Below are positions 50,745 through 60,017 of a stretch of 64,000 bases of DNA, piece by piece (position 1 is the first letter of the stretch; every line of letters starts with the position of its first letter). The DNA comes from an uncultured Candidatus Actinomarina sp. (lineage in GTDB: Bacteria; Actinomycetota; Acidimicrobiia; Actinomarinales; Actinomarinaceae), in assembly GCA_902615855.1 (NCBI GenBank), contig CACMQN010000004.1:61672-125671 (forward strand), given 5' to 3'. The notes under the pieces are model-generated. The model saw only the letters and a list, made by a program, of their open reading frames with translations. It did no database searches and had not been told where the DNA came from. The position numbers were made by a program, and so were the translations under genes.

Positions 50745-51568
50745 ATTAATTTACCAAGAATCTCAAGTATCGCTGTTGCCCATGAAGTTTCATTATGACG
50801 TCCATTGTCTTGGAGTGAAAAAATTACTTTTTTGTTGTTAGAGTCAAATGAGTCTTTTATATTTTTGACTCCTGAATAATAAAAGTCATCATTATTTGAA
50901 AAATCTAAATCCCAGTTATTTGGAAAAATATTTTTTACATGATCACCAAAAATATGTCCTTCTTTTTTTCCTGTATAAAGATATGTGGATGATTCATTGG
51001 ATAAATTTTTTACATCATTTAGAACACTTGGATATCCAAACCAAAATGCTGGAGATAAAGAAATTATATTTCTAAATTGTGGGAACAATATAGAAGTTTT
51101 GATTGACATAAGTCCACCCATTGACGCTCCTGCAACAATTTGATTTGAGTTTTCAAAACTAATGTTTAAATAATTTAATACGGATGGCAAAAAATCCAAA
51201 ACTATATTCTTAATGTGCATTTCCGCATAATTAATTTCATTTTTCTCAGGATAAGGATTGTATTGAATATGTCTTTTTTCATTTGAAGTAATTCCAATTA
51301 TTAAAAAATTTTTTCTATACTCCTTCTCAATTGATTGCAATATATTTTCTAGATCAAATATTGTTCCAAAATGACTTGTAGATGGATCAAATAAATTTTG
51401 TCCGTCATATGTAAGAATCAGATTGTCAATATGTGAAAAATCACTAGGTAATCTAAATAAAATCTTGTTTTTTTCATTAATTTGTTCGTCAAAGATTTCA
51501 TTGCTTGTAAAAAGATTTTTAAAATCTTTATCGTCTGAATAGTTAGAAAATGATATGTGTTCACTCAT
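50741..51568 (-). CDS. Esterase-family alpha/beta hydrolase (putative esterase, PF00756-like)
   Basis: GASMGG nucleophile elbow; 275 aa. Confidence 0.6.
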   Translation of the reverse strand: MSEHISFSNYSDDKDFKNLFTSNEIFDEQINEKNKILFRLPSDFSHIDNLILTYDGQNLFDPSTSHFGTIFDLENILQSIEKEYRKNFLIIGITSNEKRHIQYNPYPEKNEINYAEMHIKNIVLDFLPSVLNYLNISFENSNQIVAGASMGGLMSIKTSILFPQFRNIISLSPAFWFGYPSVLNDVKNLSNESSTYLYTGKKEGHIFGDHVKNIFPNNWDLDFSNNDDFYYSGVKNIKDSFDSNNKKVIFSLQDNGRHNETSWATAILEILGKLI

Positions 51569-51631
51569 TGTTAAATATTATTCTATAAAAATTAATTAAA
51601 GCTAAAAATTTTATTTTAATATAAAAAAATT

Positions 51632-51640
51632 TGATATAAT
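51632..51640 (+). promoter_or_regulatory. Extended -10 promoter element (TGATATAAT) for the metY leader
   Basis: TGnTATAAT seen in sequence about 12 nt upstream of the riboswitch P1 5' strand. Confidence 0.35.
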
Positions 51641-51651
51641 TGTTAAAGCAT

Positions 51652-51745
51652 AAAGAGAAGGTTAAGACCTCGGCAACCTGGATGGCTATCCAAGGTGCTA
51701 GAAAATGTGGCAGAAATGCAACTAAATAGTCAAAATCCTTCTCCA
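51652..51745 (+). promoter_or_regulatory. SAM riboswitch (SAM-I/SAM-IV clan, compact variant) in the metY-metX leader
   Basis: P1 GAGAAGG...CCTTCTC, the CGGCAACC junction, a P4-like hairpin GGATGG-CTATCC, and the AAGGUGCUA segment. These match the 3' core of SAM-I (cf. yitJ GCAACC..hairpin..AAGGUGCUAAAUCC). The 3' P1 strand CCTTCTCC can alternatively pair with the SD GGAGAA 6 nt downstream. Confidence 0.6.
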
Positions 51746-51760
51746 AAAAAGGAGAAATTT

Positions 51761-53041
51761 ATGAAGCTTAATTCAAAACTTATTCATGCAGGGTATGATT
51801 CTGATGCTGATCAAGAAGGATCAATAACAGTACCAATATATAAAACAACTGCTTATCAGTTCAACAATACTGAACACGCAGCAAGTTTATTTGGCCTAAA
51901 AGAGTTTGGTAACATATACTCTCGGTTGGGCAATCCAACGGTAGGTGCATTGGAAGCAAGGCTTACTGATCTTGAAGAAGGTGCTATGTGTGTAGCTTTA
52001 TCGTCTGGTACATCTGCTGTAATGTACTCTCTTATAAATATAATGAGTCAAGGTGATAATTTTGTTACAGCGAATCAACTTTATGGTGGTACTTACACCA
52101 TGTTCGACAACATATTGCCAGAGTATGGAATAGATTCTAAAAAAGTTGATATCACTGATCTCAAAGCTGTTGAGGATGCAATAGATGATAAAACAAGAGC
52201 TATCTATTGTGAAACAATCACTAACCCTGGTTTAGTTGTTGCTGATGTTACCGCATTATCTGAGATTGCCCACTCAAAAGGAATTCCACTAATTGTTGAT
52301 GCTACATTTACAACTCCAGCAATTCAGAAATCATTTGAATTTGGTGCAGATATTGTTGTATATTCATTAACAAAATGGATGTCAGGTCACGGACGTGTAA
52401 TTGCTGGTGCCGTAATTGAAAAAGGTGGATTTGATTGGGGAAATGGTAATTTTCCTTTATATGACAAACCTGACACTAGTTATGGTGGAATGAGATGGGG
52501 CCATGATTTAGGAGATTTAAGCAATGTTGCCTACTCATTAAGGTTAAGAACTGTACCTTTAAGAAATCTGGGAGCAAATATGTCACCAGAAACTGCATTT
52601 GAAGTAATGAGCGGTCTTGAGACTCTTGGCCTAAGAATGGATAGACATTGTGAAAATGCAATAAAAGCTGCCGAATACTTATCAGAACATGAGCTTGTTG
52701 AGTGGATAAGATATCCCGGACTTAAAGATGATCCAGCATACGAGCTTTCTGAAAAATACTTAAAAGGTACTGGCGGAACAATGGTCGTATTTGGAATTAA
52801 AGGTGGGAAGGATGCAGGGCAAAAGTTTATTGACAACTTAAAGATGTTTAGACATGTTGCAAATGTTGGGGACACTCGATCTTTGGCTATACATCCAGCG
52901 TCGACTACTCACTCTCAACTAGATGATGAGCAACTTGTTGCTGCTGGGGCTCCACCAGAATTGGTTAGACTTTCAATTGGTATCGAAGATATTGAAGATA
53001 TCATTGAAGACTTATCACAAGCACTTGAAAGTACAAGATAA
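51761..53041 (+). CDS. metY: O-acetylhomoserine aminocarboxypropyltransferase (sulfhydrylase)
   Basis: PLP-dependent Cys/Met-metabolism fold (SLTKWMSGHG Lys site). Start at ATG 51761 (MKLNSKLIHAGY) is preceded by AAGGAG. The track ORF start at 51695 falls inside the riboswitch. Confidence 0.9.
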   Translation: MKLNSKLIHAGYDSDADQEGSITVPIYKTTAYQFNNTEHAASLFGLKEFGNIYSRLGNPTVGALEARLTDLEEGAMCVALSSGTSAVMYSLINIMSQGDNFVTANQLYGGTYTMFDNILPEYGIDSKKVDITDLKAVEDAIDDKTRAIYCETITNPGLVVADVTALSEIAHSKGIPLIVDATFTTPAIQKSFEFGADIVVYSLTKWMSGHGRVIAGAVIEKGGFDWGNGNFPLYDKPDTSYGGMRWGHDLGDLSNVAYSLRLRTVPLRNLGANMSPETAFEVMSGLETLGLRMDRHCENAIKAAEYLSEHELVEWIRYPGLKDDPAYELSEKYLKGTGGTMVVFGIKGGKDAGQKFIDNLKMFRHVANVGDTRSLAIHPASTTHSQLDDEQLVAAGAPPELVRLSIGIEDIEDIIEDLSQALESTR

Positions 53042-54104
53042 AACAAGCAAGTTTTACATTCCACAACTTAAACTTGAATCTGGTGAGCTGCTTGAGAATG
53101 TAGAGATTGCTTATACGACTTATGGAACTTTGTCCAAAAAAGGTGACAATGCTGTATTAATTTTTCATGCACTGACTGGTAGTCATATGCTGGCAGGAAA
53201 TTATAAAAAAGAGGACAATCTTGATATTCCATGGAACGATGAACTAGAAATTGGTTGGTGGGATGAATTTGTAGGGCCTAATAAAATTATTGATACAAAT
53301 AAATACTTTGTGGTGTGTGCAAATTATCTAGGTGGCTGTTATGGATCTACAGGGCCAAACTCAATCAATATAAAAACAGGGGAAATCTATGGTAAGGACT
53401 TTCCTTTTATTTCATTTAAAGATATAGAAATCTCTCAAAAACTATTGTTGGATGATTTGGGTGTTGTCTCTTTAGAGGCTGTAATTGGTCCATCAATAGG
53501 AGGCTTGATGGCTCTTGAATTTTCTCTTTTATATCCGGAGTACGTCAAAAATCTAATATCAATTTCAAGCGGGTATAGACTATCTACAATCCAATTGTTA
53601 CATAATCTTGAACAAGCCTATATATTAGATCTTGCAAAAAGCTCAAACGGAAGAGAAGCCGAATACTTATCACTAGCAAGAATGATTGCTCATAAAACCT
53701 ACATTTCACTTGAACTATTATCAAGTAGAGCAAAAGACGAAAGTAAGTACGATAAAAACTTTCTTGAGGGATTTTTATCTACATCTCAAGAGTCTTATAT
53801 GATGCACCAAGGTGAAAAATTTATTCAGAGGTTCACTCCAGAGTCTTACAATTCCATAATTAAAGGGTGGCAAAATTTTTATATTGACACTAAGGAGATA
53901 AAAAAGTTAGGGAACATAAACGTTTTGATTATTTCCGTTAATTCAGATGTTTGTTTTTATCCTGAGGAACAAGTTGAATTTGAAAATCTTTTAAAAGAAA
54001 ATGGTATTAAAACAAGTGTAAAAGTCATAAATTCAACAAAGGGCCATGATTGTTTTCTTTTGGAGCCAGAACTTTTTGAAAAAGAATTTCAAAATTTCAT
54101 CTAA
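53025..54104 (+). CDS. metX: Homoserine O-acetyltransferase
   Basis: IAYTTYGTL..NAVLIFHALTGSH and a GPSIGG nucleophile (alpha/beta hydrolase). No in-frame start exists after the metY stop, so start is taken at TTG 53025 with a 17-nt overlap. The track ORF starts at 52923. Confidence 0.85.
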   Translation: MKVQDKTSKFYIPQLKLESGELLENVEIAYTTYGTLSKKGDNAVLIFHALTGSHMLAGNYKKEDNLDIPWNDELEIGWWDEFVGPNKIIDTNKYFVVCANYLGGCYGSTGPNSINIKTGEIYGKDFPFISFKDIEISQKLLLDDLGVVSLEAVIGPSIGGLMALEFSLLYPEYVKNLISISSGYRLSTIQLLHNLEQAYILDLAKSSNGREAEYLSLARMIAHKTYISLELLSSRAKDESKYDKNFLEGFLSTSQESYMMHQGEKFIQRFTPESYNSIIKGWQNFYIDTKEIKKLGNINVLIISVNSDVCFYPEEQVEFENLLKENGIKTSVKVINSTKGHDCFLLEPELFEKEFQNFI

Positions 54105-54109
54105 AGTTT

Positions 54110-56383
54110 TTATAAGATTGTAAAATTTTCGTTCGAAAAATCGACTACTAAGTTCTTTGAATTTAAAATAGCTGAAAAGTTTTTTTCTCCAATCCCCAAA
54201 ATTGCAGGGATATTATGCTCAGCACATCTTATGGCCATATGTGAATTTGGACCTCCAAATTCAGTAATCAATGATTTTATTTTGTAATTAAAAATCCAAT
54301 CCCATCCTGGATCTGCTGCTGGAATAACGATTATCTTATCATCTAAGTTATTTCTGTTGTTTTCAATGCCATCTAAAAATAGAATTTCTCCACTAACTGT
54401 CCCTTGTCCAATATAATTTCCATCTTTATTCATCTCTTCATATGCATAGAAATCATCTGAGCTAGTTACTACATCGGGCATGAGAGTGTCTGTAATCTTT
54501 TGGTTAAAAGTATTTATGTCGTTATATTCGAAATCAAGTAGCTGGAAGAGTTCACGATCAGAGATGTCCTTTTCTTCAACTTCACTTAAAATACCATCTA
54601 TGCCTTTTGTGTAGTAAAACTTTGAATTTTCCCTGGTGGAAACTGCTAGCTGAAACATTTCTACCCAGCTCTCAGATGTATAAGAAATTTTATTTAAATT
54701 AAAATAATCGTCAATTTTCTTAAATATATCAATTTTTAATGGTTCACTTGGAATTGGCTCATTACTTGTGTTGATTAGTGACTCAGCAAAGGATATATTG
54801 CTTTTTAAATTTGAAGAAGATAGGTTATAGTTTCCTGCCCTTACATGTCCATAGATACTCAAAAAATCATTCAGACTTATATCTCCTGTCTTCACCCTGT
54901 AAGCGTCCTGCTTCATTTTGGTACTTATTGAATTTACAGAAAGTAGTAGGTTTTTCTTTTCTTCTTCAGTAATAACTCCGTTTTTCAAAAAGTTGTTTAA
55001 TTGAGCAAAATAAACAAATCCTAATCTTGAGTGATGAGTAAATGGCAATGCCATATTGTCTCGAACAAATTTTATATTTTCTTTATCTAAATATTGAAAG
55101 CTATCATCAAGCTTTGAAAATGCGTCTAAAATTATTTCATTATTTTTATGAAGTGTAGAGCTGTTTAAACTGTCAATTTCAATTAAATCATGATGCCATT
55201 GAATAATCTCTTTTCTATCGATAATGTTTTTATATTCTTCTCCAAATTTCTCATCTGTTTCAAATGTATATGATGACCTTGATATATCAAACTCTATAGA
55301 ATCATGAAGATGTGGAAAAGTCTCTAATTTGTTTAACTGATAATTGATGATTTTTTCACATGTTTCATCCTTTATATTTCGAGTAAGAAAACTATTTAAA
55401 CTATGGTTTACATTTATATATGCAACATTATTAAATAACTCCATCAACTTGCCTCCTGAATAAATTCTGTATCCAAATTCACCACGTTGTTTATTCCACG
55501 TTGTATCAGTGAACATAAATCTGTAAAGACTAAAAGCAATATTATCCGGTTTCTTACCAATCATTTCGGCTGGATTCATATCGGACATGTTGCTATAAAT
55601 TTGATTAGTACCAAATCGATCATCTGTGGTTGGAATTAATACTTTGTATCTTTTTGCATTTTCATCAATAACACTTCTTTCAACCATTATCGGTTCTTTT
55701 TTTATTACTTTTCCCATTAAAGGTCTTACTTGAAGTAATAAAGGTTCTTCCTTCTGATTTATAACTATTTCAATATCTAGTTGTTTATTTCCAAATAGAT
55801 TCTCTAATTGATTTTGTATTTTAAAAAATTTGTTATATTCTTTAAATTTTTCAGGAAGATTGTCCAAAGATCTATGAATAAAAAAATTTTTTATTTTGTT
55901 GTATCTACCAGATGTTACTGCATCAGTTTGAGACCCATAGTATGTTGAAAATGTTCTGTATGCAGAGTCAGTACCTACTTTATACGATGTAAGTACTGAT
56001 ACGCTTTTTGCTCCATCAACATAGTCTTGGAAAATAACTGTATTGTTATCATCTTTTTCATAGCTTTGTAAAACTTCATTCCATGATTTCTTAATGAGGG
56101 ATATATCTTTTTTATCTATTGGCCCAATAGATAAAAATTTACCTGCACTTGAAGTTTCATCTGTATCTTCTTTTGAACTATTACTTCTAATAATTATTTG
56201 TTTAGAAAACTCTTCTAAAATCTCTTCAATATTTTCAAAATCATCAGAAATTATCTCTTTAAAGTATGGAATTTTTATGTTTGTATTGTTTTTAACAAAT
56301 TCTAAATTTTTGGCCTTGTTTTTGTAATTTAATTGATCTTGTGGGTTTAGATTATTTTTAGATGAAGTATCATCACTTTCCAC
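54110..56383 (-). CDS. PEP-utilising-enzyme-family phosphotransferase (rifampin phosphotransferase / PEP synthase-like: N-terminal ATP-grasp, C-terminal phosphohistidine swivel domain)
   Basis: N-terminal PPDK_N-type motif IRSNSSKEDTDETSSAGKF (cf. RSSAxxEDxxxxSFAGQ). C-terminal mobile His domain GGPNSHMAIRCAEHNIPAILG. 757 aa with no TIM-barrel PEP-binding domain. Confidence 0.7.
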   Translation of the reverse strand: MESDDTSSKNNLNPQDQLNYKNKAKNLEFVKNNTNIKIPYFKEIISDDFENIEEILEEFSKQIIIRSNSSKEDTDETSSAGKFLSIGPIDKKDISLIKKSWNEVLQSYEKDDNNTVIFQDYVDGAKSVSVLTSYKVGTDSAYRTFSTYYGSQTDAVTSGRYNKIKNFFIHRSLDNLPEKFKEYNKFFKIQNQLENLFGNKQLDIEIVINQKEEPLLLQVRPLMGKVIKKEPIMVERSVIDENAKRYKVLIPTTDDRFGTNQIYSNMSDMNPAEMIGKKPDNIAFSLYRFMFTDTTWNKQRGEFGYRIYSGGKLMELFNNVAYINVNHSLNSFLTRNIKDETCEKIINYQLNKLETFPHLHDSIEFDISRSSYTFETDEKFGEEYKNIIDRKEIIQWHHDLIEIDSLNSSTLHKNNEIILDAFSKLDDSFQYLDKENIKFVRDNMALPFTHHSRLGFVYFAQLNNFLKNGVITEEEKKNLLLSVNSISTKMKQDAYRVKTGDISLNDFLSIYGHVRAGNYNLSSSNLKSNISFAESLINTSNEPIPSEPLKIDIFKKIDDYFNLNKISYTSESWVEMFQLAVSTRENSKFYYTKGIDGILSEVEEKDISDRELFQLLDFEYNDINTFNQKITDTLMPDVVTSSDDFYAYEEMNKDGNYIGQGTVSGEILFLDGIENNRNNLDDKIIVIPAADPGWDWIFNYKIKSLITEFGGPNSHMAIRCAEHNIPAILGIGEKNFSAILNSKNLVVDFSNENFTIL

Positions 56384-56385
56384 AA

Positions 56386-56829
56386 TTATTTCCTAACAGT
56401 TGACCCAACAACTAAAGCTGCAGATATTATAATCAAGTTCTTTACAATATATTGTCCTTCAAGAGTGAGTCCAAATGGAAAGCTTGTAAAACAAACATCT
56501 GGAAACAGAACTAATGGTAGAAAAGTTCCTGGCATTTGAATAAAAAGTAAAATTATTGAAACTCTAATCAATGGCTTGATGATCATTGTTATACCTATAA
56601 CAACTTCCCATATTCCTAAAATAGGTACAAATGTCTTGGGGTTTTCAAACCAATATACAGTATTTTCAACCAGCTCTTGTGCTGGACTTAAGCCCAAAGG
56701 TTTTAGAGCTCCAAACCAAATATAAATTATACCAAGTGAATATCTCAACAGTGTAACTCCCCACTTTGACATGAATTGAGTCACAAATATATCAAGATCA
56801 TCAAAACTTTTTATATTTCTCACAAACAT
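56386..56829 (-). CDS. Small polytopic membrane protein (DUF417/DoxX-like)
   Basis: 147 aa, 4 TM helices, motif YIWFGALKPLGLSP. Sits 2 nt upstream of the phosphotransferase gene. Confidence 0.45.
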   Translation of the reverse strand: MFVRNIKSFDDLDIFVTQFMSKWGVTLLRYSLGIIYIWFGALKPLGLSPAQELVENTVYWFENPKTFVPILGIWEVVIGITMIIKPLIRVSIILLFIQMPGTFLPLVLFPDVCFTSFPFGLTLEGQYIVKNLIIISAALVVGSTVRK

Positions 56830-57037
56830 AATCTAGTAAGCAAATTAATTAATAAGAAAATAAGAAATAGTATTTACCTAAAAATTATATAAATTAAAAA
56901 TGAGGTGCTTAACAAGCCTATACAAAATGTAAAAACTATGAAAAAAGGTTTTACATTTTTGATAAAACCTGAAAAAGACAAAGCTAAAAGTAATCCAAAA
57001 CTTATTGAAAATGCAATTATAAATGCATCAATTAATG

Positions 57038-58024
57038 TCATTGTTCGTGAACGCTTAGCTTTTGTTTTTTAATATATTTTTCTATAAAATTACCAATTTG
57101 CTCAAAAGCTTTAATTGTTTCAGGCATTCTTGCGTCAAGATGAAATACATGATACATTCCCTCCCATTCATAATACTCATGGATACATTCATCTCTCTCA
57201 AGAACATCTTTTAATGTCTGGGAATCAGATAAAAGAAGCTCTTCTGTTCCAACTTGTATCAAAATAGGAGGACAGTTCTTATAATCTCCGTTTAAGGGAA
57301 CTATGTAGGGATTGCTTTTGTCCATATCTTTTTCATCTATAAAAAAATCATAGGCATTATCATTATTACTCCATATTTTTTTAAAAGTTGGACCAAGTAG
57401 GATATCTCGATTAGCCATCTCAATTGTGTAAGAACTTCCGGAACTAGTCGGGTCAGCCCATGGAGATAACAATGCTAGACAGGCTGGTAATTCATAATTT
57501 TTTTCTTTTAATTTCAGTAAAGTTGTTAGAGCTAAATTCCCACCCGCAGAGTCTCCAGCTATAGCAATCTGACTTGAAGAATATTTCATATCATTGAGTA
57601 AAAATAAATACGAATTCAACCCATCTTCTAATTGGGCAGGAAACATGTTTTCAGGACCAAGTCTATAATCAGGTACAAATACTGTCATTTCTGTAATATC
57701 TGCCAGGTAACTTACAAGAGAATAATGAGACTCAGGACTACAAAATGAAAACCCTCCTCCGTGAAAATATAGAAGAATTCGATCAGGATCTGACTTTGGA
57801 GTTGTAACTTTTAGTGTTCTGATACCATCCAAAAATATCTCCTCTTTTTTTGTATTTTTTACTTTTGGATTGATAACTCCTTGAAGATCTATGATCGATC
57901 TAAATAAATTTAATCTCCATTTTTTTGCTTTGTGCGCCGATTGATATACTGCTGACAATAAAAAAGCAGCATTCCTATACCTTCTTATACTTTTTTTTGC
58001 TTGTTTGCTTACCATTTTAATCAA
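57038..58024 (-). CDS. Alpha/beta hydrolase, hormone-sensitive-lipase-like esterase
   Basis: HGGGF oxyanion motif and a GDSAGG nucleophile. Confidence 0.85.
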   Translation of the reverse strand: MIKMVSKQAKKSIRRYRNAAFLLSAVYQSAHKAKKWRLNLFRSIIDLQGVINPKVKNTKKEEIFLDGIRTLKVTTPKSDPDRILLYFHGGGFSFCSPESHYSLVSYLADITEMTVFVPDYRLGPENMFPAQLEDGLNSYLFLLNDMKYSSSQIAIAGDSAGGNLALTTLLKLKEKNYELPACLALLSPWADPTSSGSSYTIEMANRDILLGPTFKKIWSNNDNAYDFFIDEKDMDKSNPYIVPLNGDYKNCPPILIQVGTEELLLSDSQTLKDVLERDECIHEYYEWEGMYHVFHLDARMPETIKAFEQIGNFIEKYIKKQKLSVHEQ

Positions 58025-58061
58025 TTATAGAGGTATAAATTTAGGCTTATATGGGATAGAA

Positions 58062-58475
58062 TCAACCAAATTCCTCTCCAAGAAGTATTTTCAAATCATC
58101 CAGACTCTCAACAATATCATTTCCATAATTAAATAATCCCCATACAAAATTGTTGATTGGTTTTATTGTATTAGCACTTAATCCAATTAATCTTTTGCCT
58201 GATTTAAATGCATATCCAATTTCAGCTGCTGTTCCTGAATCTACATCTCGACCCGTTAAAAGTGCAACGACTAATTCGGCTGGCTCTAAAAATTCCATGT
58301 CAACATCAAAAATCTTTACTTTTTTTTCAAATGTGAAATCTCCAGTAACTAAACCAGCATCTCGATGAGGTAGAAATGTATTAAAACCAAAGCTTTCTAC
58401 TATATCAGCAATTTTTACAAGATATTCTCTTTCATGATCATCAAATAAAGGTCCCGCTATGTAAGCTTGTTTCAT
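58062..58475 (-). CDS. Nucleoside 2-deoxyribosyltransferase-like (NDT/DNPH1 family) protein
   Basis: IAGPLF N-terminal motif and DSGTAAEIGYA (catalytic Glu). 137 aa. Confidence 0.65.
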   Translation of the reverse strand: MKQAYIAGPLFDDHEREYLVKIADIVESFGFNTFLPHRDAGLVTGDFTFEKKVKIFDVDMEFLEPAELVVALLTGRDVDSGTAAEIGYAFKSGKRLIGLSANTIKPINNFVWGLFNYGNDIVESLDDLKILLGEEFG

Positions 58476-59146
58476 AAATCTATTGTATTTAAAAAATCTT
58501 TAATTTCTACTAGGTCTTTGTAATTTAAAATATTATCTGACATCGAATTTATACTCTCTAAAATATTTTTACTCCATACTTCTTTCAAAGGTAATACTTC
58601 TATTTTTATAAAAAAAATACTCGTTTCATCATCTATCGGTGCCGATGTTTGTGTTTCGACTCTAAAATATAAATTATCGAAAGTTGTTAATTTTGGTTTA
58701 TCTAATTCAGTGTATTCACTTAATTGGTCGTTTGTAGTGATGGTCCATACCCATCTTTTTATTTTTTGTTTTGTCATATATTGTGACAATCTTTCACTTG
58801 CCTCAATCAATTTCTTACTATCAGCAACTGGTTCATGAATCATTGAAAGCGGTTTACCAAGCTTTTGTCTTGGTTTCCAACCACTTGGAAAACAAACAGA
58901 AACAACTTCCATGTTTCCATTGTGCATTATTGCAAAGTCTTCCTCAAAAAGAAGAGTTGTTTCATACAAAGACAAATTTTGATCTAATTCAAAATATTCC
59001 AAAAATCTATCAAACAGTTTTTTTTCTTTTGAAAAAGTTGTTTCCCCAAATAACTTGTTACCAAATAAATCAAGTTGTTTTTTCTTTTCATTTAAATATT
59101 TGATATCCGGGTTTTCATTAAAAATTGGTCCGTCATACAAAGTCAT
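58472..59146 (-). CDS. Hypothetical protein (start possibly upstream at 59191 or 59248)
   Basis: About 225 aa, soluble, no motif recognised. Its stop overlaps the NDT-like start (ATGA). The track's 258-aa N-terminal extension is hydrophobic low-complexity overlapping the divergent gene. Confidence 0.35.
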   Translation of the reverse strand: MTLYDGPIFNENPDIKYLNEKKKQLDLFGNKLFGETTFSKEKKLFDRFLEYFELDQNLSLYETTLLFEEDFAIMHNGNMEVVSVCFPSGWKPRQKLGKPLSMIHEPVADSKKLIEASERLSQYMTKQKIKRWVWTITTNDQLSEYTELDKPKLTTFDNLYFRVETQTSAPIDDETSIFFIKIEVLPLKEVWSKNILESINSMSDNILNYKDLVEIKDFLNTIDL

Positions 59147-59222
59147 TGTGGGTTTATTTGTAAATGGCGTTTTAACAAAACTTAAATTCATTATTATTAA
59201 TTTTAGGATTAAAAAGGAAAAT

Positions 59223-59963
59223 TTGAAAAAAATAGGAATACTCCTCATTCATGGCTTATGGGAACATCAGGGAAGGCATGATATTAATGCGTCATGGTTT
59301 AAAAATTTAAACATAGACCCATTTTTAATGGATCTTCCTGGTCATGGTAATAACACAGAAGTGTTTGGACATATCGAAAAATGGGATGAAATTGAAAACT
59401 CTGTTGAACAAGCCTACAAAAAATTAAATCAATACGATATTAAGTTAGTTTTTGGTATTTCCTTCGGTGGTCAAGTAGGGCTTCATTGCATACTGAAGGG
59501 AATCATCGATCCTGATTTTCTTATTTTATCAGCTCCAAGTCTTGGAGATAATTACCCACAATTTATAAAGACACTTTCTAAATCTTTATCAAAATTTACT
59601 CCTCGTCTAAGAGTTCCATCATCAGCTAATAAAAGAAATTTATCAACAGACGAGCAGGTCGTAAAAGATTACTTTGATGATCCTCTAGTGTTTAGATCCA
59701 TAACCGCAAGATTTGGCGGAGAGACAATTAAATCTCAAAATTTTGTAAATGACAATATAAATAATCTCAAGACTAATACTTTATATCTTCACGGAGATGG
59801 GGATACTATAGTTCCAATTTCATCTGGAGAAAACTTGTCAAAACTGCCAAATGTAAAATTTGTAACTGTGAGAAATTCCAAACATGAAATTTTAAATCAA
59901 GATACTCGGCCTTTTGTTTTAAGTGAAATACATAGTTGGTTGAAGGTAAACAGTTTGGTTTAA
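59223..59963 (+). CDS. Alpha/beta hydrolase (lysophospholipase / monoacylglycerol-lipase-like)
   Basis: HG oxyanion (LLIHGLWEH), GISFGG nucleophile, C-terminal DT/H. Start chosen at TTG 59223 with AAGGA 7 nt upstream. The track start at 59055 adds a non-homologous extension. Confidence 0.75.
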   Translation: MKKIGILLIHGLWEHQGRHDINASWFKNLNIDPFLMDLPGHGNNTEVFGHIEKWDEIENSVEQAYKKLNQYDIKLVFGISFGGQVGLHCILKGIIDPDFLILSAPSLGDNYPQFIKTLSKSLSKFTPRLRVPSSANKRNLSTDEQVVKDYFDDPLVFRSITARFGGETIKSQNFVNDNINNLKTNTLYLHGDGDTIVPISSGENLSKLPNVKFVTVRNSKHEILNQDTRPFVLSEIHSWLKVNSLV

Positions 59964-59972
59964 TCATTCTTA

Positions 59973-59989
59973 TTGCAAAAAGTTTGCAA
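59973..59989 (+). promoter_or_regulatory. Nur-box-like direct hexamer repeat TTGCAA-N5-TTGCAA overlapping the putative -35 of cbiMN
   Basis: Seen in sequence. It matches the published Streptomyces Nur consensus tTGCaa-N5-ttGCAA. TATACT lies 6 nt before the cbiM ATG, implying a leaderless or very short-leader mRNA. Confidence 0.45.
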
Positions 59990-60017
59990 TAACCCAAATT
60001 TTTTTTATACTTTTTAT

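Noticed and set aside
52923-53024. 34-codon N-terminal extension of metX overlapping metY by 119 nt.
   Set aside because: The extension (MMSNLLLLGLHQNWLDF...) is not MetX-like. The conserved MetX N-terminus begins about 25-30 residues before IAYTTYG, consistent with the TTG at 53025.
56938-57072. 44-codon plus-strand ORF in the gap between the DUF417-like gene and the esterase.
   Set aside because: It has no RBS, overlaps the esterase 3' end, and is AT-rich low complexity.
59964-60017. Looked for a cobalamin or NiCo riboswitch upstream of cbiMN.
   Set aside because: The leader is only about 54 nt and the -10 is adjacent to the ATG. There is no room for a riboswitch, so a protein-binding Nur-like box is more plausible.
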